Below the pieces are notes generated by a model, which ran no database searches, had not been told where the DNA came from, and was given only the letters and a program-made list of their open reading frames with translations. A program made the position numbers and the translations under genes. A DNA stretch of 64,000 bases, taken from IMG/VR virus record IMGVR_UViG_3300042398_001156, positions 1-64,000 of that record; one strand, given 5' to 3'. This document shows positions 46,986-59,000 of this stretch, piece by piece; the stretch's first letter is position 1; each line of letters begins with the position of its first letter. The DNA is from a virus.

Positions 46986-47043
46986 GTTAACTTGTTTTGT
47001 ACCAACAAGTTAATACATCCACCCCCTCTTTCTAAATGGTACT

Positions 47044-47090
47044 AAATAATACCAAGCATATAAGCTGATTACTTATATGCTGGTTTATTT
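47044..47090. terminator. Probable bidirectional terminator between convergent arms
   Basis: ACCA(A)GCATATAAG-N7-CTTATATGCTGGT stem with A/T-rich flanks. Confidence 0.65.
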
Positions 47091-50000
47091 ATTTTAATAT
47101 CATAGCTTGTGATTGCCTGTATCGTACGTACTGTCTCCATTGAATGTTCTTAACTAAACGATATGGGTTAGTAGTAGGTCTACGCATACGTCCAAACTTA
47201 TTAAACCAATCTCTGTATATGTTTTCATATTTAGCCCAACGGCCATTACGTCCGTAACGATATCTACGCGGTGTATACTTTTCATAATTTTGAACAGTAT
47301 AAACTAAAGGTATTGTAGTTACAGGAGTATAAGGTTGTCTAGAAACAAATGGTTTAAGTTTAGATTGTTGTAAATTTTCTCTCATAGGTAATGCATTAAG
47401 TACTCTAGTTATTGGTCCTGCAATAGCAAGCTGTCTAATGCTTTGCATAACATCTCTTGTTTCTAAAAATTTAGCAATACCTTTTAATAAAGGCCTTTGT
47501 CTTCCCACTAAAGCTGCACTAGGATCACTTAAAATATTTTGAACATCATATAAACCTAATCCAATACGCAACCCAAAATTTTTACTAACACGTATCCAAC
47601 CACTTTGCATTTCTAATAATTCAAATTCACTATACTGTCCTTCTTCATCTGCGTATTGACCATAAACACCATCGATAACGTCGCTTAATAAAACAACAAT
47701 ACGTGGGTCCGTAATACGATCAATCCAGTTCTTAATAGAACGAACAGGGAATGATAAGTATGGAATGTCAGCAAGTAATTGCATTTCTAAAGGACTACGT
47801 AAGCCATAATTAAAGAAACGTTTAAGAGAATTATTAACAGATTCTTGGAAATTGTAACCACGTAACTGTCTATCAAGTAAGTAACCTGCAATACGACCTA
47901 CGTTTTCTGTATCAGTATTTAAGTCTTCATAAAAAAACTTATAACCAGCTTTTGTAATTCTTAATAATTTACCAAACAAAGTTTTATTAGAAGTACCAGT
48001 ACGCTGTTCTTCTATCTCGTTATACACTTCTTTAAATGATCGTGTAGAAAAATCATTAGCATCTAAAGCTACGCGTTGACTTACAAGATCTCTTAAGTAA
48101 GCAAAACTTTCTTGACGATACGTATCAATCTGTGCATTCGTTTGCATAAAGGCACTGATTTCAAATAAGATATTTTTTAAGTCATTATAATCAGCATTAT
48201 AAATAGGGTTACCATCTACATCTTTATACTTAGTATATTTTTTCAAACGTTTTTCAATACGTGCCCTATAAATATTACCTTTATCTTCTCCAAATTTTAA
48301 GTTGTCATATAAAGTAAAGTATTCTGCAAAGCGTATATCTAATAAAAAGTTAACAGAATCACGTATGCTTGTACGATTTAATATAGCTAACACACCATCT
48401 TTATTTTTTAATTGGTAAGTAGTATCATTTGATACTTTACTTAAATCTTCAATAGACTTAACACCAACAACGTCTTCTAATAAAAATTTTAATACACTGT
48501 CTAAATCTTTTTGGTATACTAAAGCATTATTTTCTAAACGATATTTAATTCTATTTTTTAACTCATCTTGTTTTAATGATTGAGCACCTTCAACGTAACC
48601 ATTAATTCTATATCTAATATTTAAAAAGTTTTGTATAACATCTAATACTTGTTCTTTAGTTATTGCAGTTTTATTTAATAGTAATTTATTTAATTTATCA
48701 TATGATGATTTTACTTCTAATAAAGTAAGAATACGTTCTTCAGATATATCTTGATACATATTATACACATCAAAAGTTAAACCCATAATACGTATAATTT
48801 CTTTATTGTTTTTTAATGTGCCATATATATCAAAGTCTTTATAAATTTCACTGTATAACTGTAACCAAGTATCTAACATGTTACGCATAATAAAACCATA
48901 ATTAAAACGCATTAATAACTTTTCAAGATATTGTAACTGTCCTAACCAAGTTGATAATGGACCTGTAAATTTAAATGGTTTATAAGCAGTTTCATAAGAA
49001 GACATTAAGTTATCAATAGTAACAAGACCTATGTTAAGTACTTCACCTTGCGCTAGTTTATCTTCAAGCAATTTTAAAAGTCCTTTTAATTCTTTCCAAT
49101 TTTTAATGTTTATTTCTTTTAATGTAGGTGATATATCAGATCCTAAATCAATACCATTTAAATCAACGGATGTATATTCTTTACCTTTAAATATAATTTT
49201 ATTAATAGGTGTTTCAAAAGTATAAGACTTTTTAATAGGAGCATTTAATTCTTTAACATAATCAATAATTTCTTGGAAAGATTTAAATTTAATATCTTTA
49301 GAATGTTTACGTCTTCCCAAAAACTTATCCCATCTTGATTTATTTTCCCAAGTAGGATCATCTTTAACAAATAAATCACCAACTTTTTTAGCGAGTCCTT
49401 CAGTATTATAAGCATCTTTTTGTACAACTAAACGAATAAAGTCTCTATTAGATACTAAGTATTCATAGAATTCTTTTACATCATATACACGTTTAGTTGT
49501 TTTATTACCATTGCCATCTAGTAAAACAATATCTTTTTTAAAAATAGAAGCAGCGCTAATTAAAGGATAGATAAGTTTATCCATATTCATTATGTTAGTA
49601 TTTTTAAAACGATTGATATCAGTACTAGTTAATGTAGGTGTGTCACCAAAATATCTTGGAACACCATCTTTAATCATTTCAATTGTTTCACCTTCAGGTG
49701 TGTGTAATAAAAAGATACCGCTTGTAAAATTACGAGCAAATGATTTGCTTAATGCACCCATTTGAATTTCTCGTTTCTTTTCTAATAATTCTTTTAAACG
49801 ATTCTTAAAATACTTTAACGAATCTTTTAAATCTAATTTTTCTATTTGCTCAATAGATAAAATAATATCTTCTTGTTCTTTTTTTGATGTAACAAGTTTA
49901 CCCGCAAGTTGTTTTAATTTGCTTTGGTTAATATACAATTCATCGTTGTTTTCTTTTAAAGATATTTGCGCTGTGCGTATTTCTCTTACTAAATTTTCAA

Positions 50001-53000
50001 TTTTATAAAATGCTAATTCGTTACTAACGAGTCTACTTATTTGGTCGTTAACACTTTCTTTAGAACGGTTGTTATAAGATTTTTCCTTTTCATTTTTTAA
50101 TGATTTAAATTCTTTAAATGAATCTGTTATTTGTTCTATTAATTCTTCAATAGTAATAGGATCTTTTAGTACATCTAAATTTTCATCTTTTAAAAACTGA
50201 CTAACAGATTCAGTTTCTAAATCAGAAGCTTTCGAAATACTTGCAAGTGCTTCATTGTAATCATTCCCATAAGGATTACTTAATTTACTTGCAATAATAT
50301 GTAAGTTATCTTTTGTTGCACGTGTGCTTGTACTATTCTTAACTGTATTAATACGTTGAGATGTTTGCCCTTCTTCTCCAATTGTAACGTACTCTACATC
50401 AACTTCTTTAGATCCTAAAAAGAAATCTTTAGCGTGTTGATATTTAGATGGTAATAACTCTCTTATGTATATACGTTGTTTATAACCCAAAGATTCTATA
50501 ATAGTTTTATAAAGAAAATAACTGTCAGCTAATAAACGAATTTCTTTCATATCTAATTTAGCATTACTATCTGAAGTAACTGCATATCTTGCTTCTATTT
50601 CTTTAAAGGTTCCGTAAGCCATATTAAAGATACGGAATAAACGGAAGCCAACAATACGTAAAGAAACTAATCTTCCTAAAAAATTATTAACTGAATCTTG
50701 TTGGCCATTAATTGTAATAGTTTTATCTAAAGCTTTTTCTAAATCTTTTTCTTGATTAAATATTTTTGAAACTTCAACAATTATATTTAAGTACTGATTA
50801 TAAACTGAGTCTGGTACGTAAATGTCACCGAACATTTCTTTTTTAGAGTATTCATTTATTAATAAATTTGCGGCGTTTAATGCGCTTGCTTCTGATCTAT
50901 AGCTACCTTGTAATTGTGTACTTTTAATTTCAATACGTTTTTCTTTTAAAGCTTTTAACTCTTTATCTTCTATTAATAATTCTTCCATTTCAAAAGTATC
51001 TTTATCCATACCAATAGCAATTGCATTATCGTGGTCATCATCAACACCAAGTGTAATGTCTCTTATACCTACTTTGTTAGCACTTGCTAATACACGGTTT
51101 TTAAACGCACGTAAATATTCACTTACAAGCATACGAATAGGTCCATGTTTAGCAATACCAATAATGTTATTAGCTTCTATAGATTGAGTACCTATAGTAC
51201 CACGATCAACAATAGATTGATTTAAATAATTAGAGGCGTGTCTTTGTATTACGTTTTCTAATTTTTCTTTAGTTTTCTTTTTAGCTTTAGGATTTATAGC
51301 TTTTTTAAATTCACGAATAGCATCTTCGTTTCTTGAAAAATAAAATACATATAAGTATTGTTCATCTACTTCGTCAAATTTATCTACAACAATACCGTTC
51401 TTTTGATAGCCTTTATACTTTTTAATAAACTCTAAATAGTGTGGGTTTAATGAAGTTGCATTTTTATAGAACGTATCAAAGTGTCTTACTACAGCATCAA
51501 CTTTATTAGGACCACTCATTACTTCCGCAAATGAAGTTAATTCTTTAACAACTAAAGCAGCAGCATATAATTTTTTATATAAGAAAACAAGTACATCTTC
51601 TGCATCTTGTTTAAAATAATCTTTATGTTTAACTGCATCTACTGCATCTATATAAATTTTTGTTTCTGGGTTATACGCAACTTCTTTAAACCAACCGTTG
51701 TAAACTTGATCAGTAAAATTAGGTAACATTTGTTTAGCAAAATTATTAGCGTCTTTGTTAATTTTTTCTTTAAGATCTTCAAAACTTAATCCTGCTTCTT
51801 GATCTTTTAAAGCAGTTGAATATATTGTGTTTCTAAATGTACCCAATACTTTTTCAAATGTTAACGTTAATGAATCTACAGAAACAATATTTCTTAAAGG
51901 ATCTTTAAAACTATTCCAAACATTACCTGTTTGATCTCTATTAATATTTGGGAATATGCTTAACGTAGATTTAGAAGTTTGAATTTTTCTTACACCACCG
52001 AATATAAGAATACCGACTTTAGATCCTTGGAAACGTGTAACCGTTTCATTACGTCCAACACTGTATAATTTTCTAAAGAATACTTTTTTTATTATTTCAG
52101 CGTTAGCTTTTTCTTTTCGGTTTCTAATAATTTCATCTACGCCCGTTTTAATAATATATTCTTTATCTTTAACTGATAAATGTTTTTCTAAAACTTCACC
52201 ATTAACAACATTAAAATCTTTACGGCTAACATATTGTGTTAAATCATATTTTTTAGCATCAATAATTTTTTGGAATAAATAAGAACGTGCAGCAATATTG
52301 AAATATCTTTTATCTTCTAATGCTTTTTTAACTGCAGCTGGATCTTTGTAGTCTTTTAATTCAAAGTCAGGCGCTGTGTTTAAGTTAAAAAGTTTTCTTA
52401 TTGCAACGTTTAAAAATTCTTTTTGTTCAGTTTCAGTCCAGTCTAAAGTTTCTGGTATAACAAGATTGTTAATATCTTTTTGAATACCTTCGTATAAAGA
52501 ACCATATAATTCTGACCATTTATATGTTGTTCGTATTTTTTCAAAAACGGATTTACCTACAGAAGTATATTCATAACCAATGTTTTGAATACGTTTATTG
52601 GTTTTAACATCAGGTATTAATTCTTTACGTATTTTTTCTAAGTAGCCTTCTACATATCTTCTTTCTTTTTTAATTGGGTCCCAAGTAAAGTACCCTTCAT
52701 CGTAATAAGATTCTTTAGTGGCATCATCTCGATCAAAACGTCCATCAATAAATTGTTGTTGGCTTAAAGCAATCATACCAATAGTATCACCATCGTTATC
52801 AGCACCCATCATTTTGTACATATATGGGTTAGCTTCAATAGCTGCGTGGTCGTGGTAACCTATAATTTTTAAAGTAGGTGTAGAGTTAGCATCTTGGATA
52901 GGCCACCGTGCTGTTAGTACCCAACCAAATTTACGCCCTAACTTATTCTTATAAAAGCTAATAGTATTGTTTTTATTAACAGTGTATAAAATATTTTCAA

Positions 53001-56000
53001 CACCGTTAATACTGTCATTAGTCATGCCTTGTTTATGTAAATGAATAATAAATGCTTCTAGTTCTTCTTTGTTTTTTAAACTTATTTCGTAATTTAATCC
53101 TGTATCTTTGACATTAATACCACTAAAATTTTGTTTCTTTGCAGTGTAATTAAAAGCGTTAATAAGTTTTAACCAGGTGGTTTCGTCAAGTTTTTCTAGT
53201 TGTAACCAGTCTTTCTTTTTACTTAAAGTTTCCCAAGAGTCTCTAGAAGTTCGTAAATTACCTAAACTTAAATCAATGTTGGCAAGTAATTGTTGTCTAA
53301 CACCAGGGTGTTTACGATATAAATATGTATAGATAGCACCTGAGTCAGATGTTAAAAATTCTTGAGCACGATTCCGTGAAGCTAAATTAATTTCTTTTAA
53401 TTTAATATCAAACCATGATTTATCTTTTGCGTTGCTTTCAAGACGCATGTTAAAGAACATCATGTACTCTTGTGCGTTATCAATTAAAGGTGTTTCTGAT
53501 CTTGCTTTAATATTATCTACGGTTTTTTTAATATCGTAATTGCCATTACTTAATTTAATAGCATAAGCTTCAAGGAACTTTTCAATGCCATAGCTTTGAA
53601 TTTCTGAGTAAATACTTATTTCTTTTCTAAAGTCTTGATCTAATAAAACTTTAAAGTCTACACCTTTCATACCTAAAATTGCAACAAAAGAAGGCGTTAC
53701 AGGTACACCGCCTTCAACGTTACCTTTTATATCACGATTAAATATTGCTAACTCAGGGTTACTGTTAAGCCTTGCGTTTACAGACATCTTTTCTGCGGTG
53801 TGATCAGCATCAGCAATCACATAGATTTCACCGCGTTGTATGTCTAAACCTTTAAAGTTATCAATTACAACATCACCTTTGTCTGTAACACGTTCTATAG
53901 TAATGTCTTCTGTAATAACATCATAAGTAAGATCACTAAATATTTTTACTTTATTGACAGAGTCTTCGCCAAATAAATCTAATAGAATATTATAATAATC
54001 TTCACCAGAATCAAGGATAATTTTTCCTTCTTTAATAACAAATAAATCTTTTAATTCTTTGTCTTTAGACGCAAGTATACGTAAGGCACGTTCAGTTAAA
54101 CCATATTTTTTAATAAACGCTTTATTTAAAATAGCAGATGTTTTATTAGGATTATCTAATAATTCTTTACCACGTTTTTGTAACTCAGAATTAACTAAAT
54201 ATTTTCTAATACTATTCATCGTTTGTTCTAGTACAGCACCCCCAGCACCACGTTGTTGTACCGAAGATTTATTAGCAATAATACTAACACCAAACTTTTC
54301 ACGTATCCCATCTTCAAAACGAATAGCACCTTTAAATCCCCACATGCCTAACCAAATTTTCCAGCCTTCATTAGCACCTAAAATTTTAGCTACTTTTCTA
54401 TCTATAATAAGTGCGTCTTCATAAGCCGCAGGCATATCCATAAAGCCTATTTCTAAATTCATACCTATCTTGTGAAATATGTTTCGTTTATAAAATTCAA
54501 ATTGTTTTTCTGTCAATTGATTAGGAGTAAACGTATTAATAAGTGTGCCATTTTCTGCTCTTCGTTCTAATAAATCAGTTAATAAATCACCCGTAGCAGG
54601 GTTATCTTTAATAGCTTGTTCAAAATATAATTCTAAAAGCTCTTCAAATTTTACAGATCTATTTAACTTGTCTTCAAAACTGTAGATGTTATTAATTAAA
54701 CCATACGGTGTATACTCTAAATATTGTTTATTGTAAGGTAAAATAATACGAGCAGGATTTGTGTTAAGTGTATGTGGCATATCTACGTTAGTAGGTAAAT
54801 ATATAGGTACAGATTTACCGGAACTTCCTTCTGCAGATTTTTCTAAATCAAGCAAGACTCCAATCTTGCTGGCACCCTCACTGGTCCAATCTATAACCAT
54901 GTTTGCACTATAAGTAGAAGGTACTAATAACAAGTATTTACTTGGGTCATTGCTTACAAATCTAGAAAGTGTACGATCTGCTAATCCTTGGTAAATTGTT
55001 TTAGTGTTATTTATTTTTTCTTTTTTACGTGCATAGTTATGAACATCTAAAAATCTAAAGAATCTATTTTTTAGTACTTGAGTCATGTTAATAACTTCTA
55101 AAACAGTATCAGGTATAGCATCATCAAAGACTTCGTCTTTTAAAAACTTTTCTGTAAGAACCTTACCACCTCTAACACCTTCATCATTTAATTCAAATAA
55201 GCCAAGCTTTCTGTATTTTTCATAATGTGATAACACACGTTTAATACTTTCAAAGCTGTGGTCTACACCATCTTCTAAATACACAATATTTTGTGGTAGT
55301 TTAGTATGACCAAGTTTTACTTGACCCTTAGCATCTTTGTAATTAAAGAAACGTTTTAACCAATCGTTAATATCTTCATCTTCTTTAGGTCCTTGTAGTT
55401 TAATTGTTTTAACTTCTAATGTTTTACCAGCTTCAATATAAGTGTAATTAAATTCAAAGGATACTTTACCACCTTTTAAACTAAACTTATAACTATTAAC
55501 AACGCCATTAAAATTATCAAATAAATTAACGATAAAAAAGTTTTCTGTAGGTCTTCTTATTAAAGCAACATCTTCTTTAATAACCAGTGCTTTACGATCT
55601 ACACCTTCATGTACATCTTTATACACACGGGTTACGTTAGGAATGTTTAATTGTTGAATAAACTCTAACCCTTCTTTTTGATTAGCTAAATTTTCTAATG
55701 AATCTAAACGTTCTTCTTTTGCTAGGTTTTCAATGTTTACTTTACCGCCATTTAAAATAGTATAAATGTGATCAAATTCCATTTCTTTTTTAATTGCATC
55801 AAGTTTCTTAACTCTGCTTAAAACTTCTACAAACTTATTAGTAACTGCTTCTGTGTTAACTTCTAAATCAGTTTGTTTTCTGTCAAATTTTAAACGGTTT
55901 AATAAATCAATATTGTTATTAACGTAATCTAATTCATCTTTAATAGCTAATGCAACAAGTGTACGCATGTTTAAAGTATCTATTTTTCCAACAAGATTAT

Positions 56001-59000
56001 CTTTTTCTTTTAATAAACTAAGTAATTTTGTCACACCTTTATTTTTACTAAACAATTCTACTAAGTTAGCAAATCGTTTGTCTTGAATAATATTTGTGTT
56101 TTCTTTTAATTTTAATATATTAAAAAATTTATTTAAGATATTAATTAAATCAGCATCATCAATTTTTAAATCAGGAATTTTTTTAAAGTCAGCACCTAGT
56201 ACTTCAGGTCCAATGTTATTCCAAGTCTCTACTAATTCTTGAAGCTTAACAATTGCTAAAGCTTTAAACTCTTCAGTCTTTTGATTTATTATATCTTCTA
56301 TTTTTTTATCAAACGTAGAACTTGCTGCAACTTTACCGTTGTTTAAAAGAGTAATCATAGTAGTAAGTTCTTGACTACGTTTATTATAAGCGTCTAATAT
56401 TTTATTTTTTTCTGCAGCATCCTTGATGCTTATAATAGTAGAATCAATAAATGTAGCTAAAAGTTTTTTAACTTCAGTAGATTCAATATCTATTTTTCCA
56501 TTAGGACTTTCTTCAATTATGCTCATTAACTTTTCTAAAGCTTGCACACTGTTGTTTAATTCTAATTGTAAGTTATCTAATTCTATTTTTAATAGACTAT
56601 AGTTTGTTATATTCGTAGAACTATAACCATATTTATCTTCATTAAGTTTTTCTTTTAGAACTTTATTAATTCTATACGTTGTATTTTTTGTAATCTCTTG
56701 TAACTTTTTAGAGGTTTTTCTAAGAATTTCAAAAAGAGTTTCTTTTTTAACAACACCATCTTCTACTTTCTTTGTTAAATCTTCAATTGTTTTTTCTACT
56801 TCTTTATATTCTTTTAATGTTTTTGCTTGGTCAGTAGCTAACTCTGTTAGTTTTTCTTTATGAGACTTTCTACCAGAAGTTTCAATAAAAGCAATAAATC
56901 TAAGTACTTGTTGTACTTGTAAATCAATTGAAGTATTTGCTTCGTTATAATTAAAGTCTGTTACTTGATCATCAGCGATGTTTAATTCTTCTTTAACAGC
57001 ATCTGTAATTAACTGTCTTACGCTTGTTAATTTAGGATCACCAGCAATACTATCTACACCTTGTTGTATCTGTGCAGTAAATTCTTCTTCCATTATTTTT
57101 AATAACTCATCTGTGTAAGCTAAAATTTTAGCATCTTCTCGTATGTTATGTCTTAACATCCAACCTTCATTAAAATATTTAAATATAGCATTTCTAATAT
57201 CTAAACGTTTAATAGGATCTTTTTCATTAATGTAGTCAAGTACTAAACTTTTTATAGTATTATATTGTGATTTTTCTCCTGTAAATAAACTTACTTTACG
57301 ACCTTGATTTGTTACTATACTTAAACGACTTTCAACATTTTTAATAACATCTTGTATTAAAATGTTTTCTATTTCACGATCAAACTTACCTATAGCTGTT
57401 AAGTCAGCTTTGTTTAAAGGTATACCTTTTTTTAATTTTTGATTAATTCTAGTTATTTCTTTTTTATTAGCAGCAATTAAACGTGCAGCATCTCCACGTG
57501 TAACAGCGTCGTTAACACTAGCGTACTCCATGCGTTCTCTTATAGCTTTAGGATCGTTATCTCTTATTAATTGGTAATATAAGTTTACTTTTAAAGTACT
57601 AGCAAGACGTTGAATAAATTGATTGTAGTTAGGAAAGTCAAAATCTTCACCGTTATGTGCAATAATAGGTACATTTTTAGGCGCTGCGTTTACTTCGTTT
57701 ATAAAAAGACGGGTAACTTCTATGTCATTACGCTGACCTATTACATACTTAATAGTAGTATCTATACGTTTATCTAATTCATCTTTTATTGTTTTATTTA
57801 AAAGATTATAGTACTCATCTTGATCTGTATTTCTCCAAACTTTTTTAGTTTTAGTTGGGTCAGCATTAACCCAAGCTTTAAAGCCTTCCATTTCTTTTAC
57901 ATACATACGTCTTTGTTGTTCATAAAACCGTGTTAATTCAGGAGACAATTTAGTTTCTACTTTACCGTTTACAAGTTCTTCTGTTTTACCTTCAATAAAT
58001 ATTTGATTTGTCATAAATTGATTTAACACATCAAAAGATAATTTACCTTTAACGTTTTTAAATTTTAATATAGTTAATTGATATGGAATTTTATTACCGT
58101 TACTATCTGTTACAGTTTCCATGTCTAAAATAATAAACTCTTCAGGTAAGTTTTGACCTGCTTTTTTCATCTGGGCCATATAATTAAAAGCAGTAATAAC
58201 ACCATCTGTTATACCATTATGTAGCCCTATATTTTTTTCACCGTCAGTATTAGTATCTTTAATTAGTTGTACTAATTTATCATAACCACCTATGTAATAT
58301 TGACCGGCATCTTTAATAATTTTTTCAATAACCTCAACACTAGTCTGTTCAACATTAATTTTATTTAAGTTTCTATACGTATCTAAATTACTATTACCAT
58401 AAGGCTTTTCTTCTTTTCTAGCACTTATAAGGTTATCATAACGATTCTGTATACCCTTCTTATCGCTTTCAGCTTTTTCTAATAACTCATTTAATTTAGC
58501 AATACGTGCAGGTACTTCTGTAGAGTAATCTTTTAATGCTTCTTTTTCTTTTTTTAAAGCAACAATTTTATCTGTTAGTTCTTTTCTTTGCGCAATTAAA
58601 TCATCGTGTTCTTTTTTATATAAAGTAGTATCATTTGATAATATGTAAGACGCAAGATACTCATCTGATATTTCTTTATTTGTTTCAGCACTTACTTTTT
58701 TTGCAACACGTTTTAACACAGTAGTAGGATCTTGATTACCTTCTGTTTTTAAAACATTAATGACATTATTACTATTTTTAATATTAACTTTATTTTTTGT
58801 TATACGACTTTTTAATTCTATTAACGCTTTTATAGTCTGTTCTAAATCATAATTCTTTTGATTAGTAATTAAATTATTTATAGTTATTTCAAATTCACCT
58901 TTAAGTTCTTTTAATTGGTCTTTACTATATTTATCTTTAGTAGTTTCTACAACAGTAGATTTATTAATTGCGTCTTCTACTTTTTTAAGTTCATCTAATA

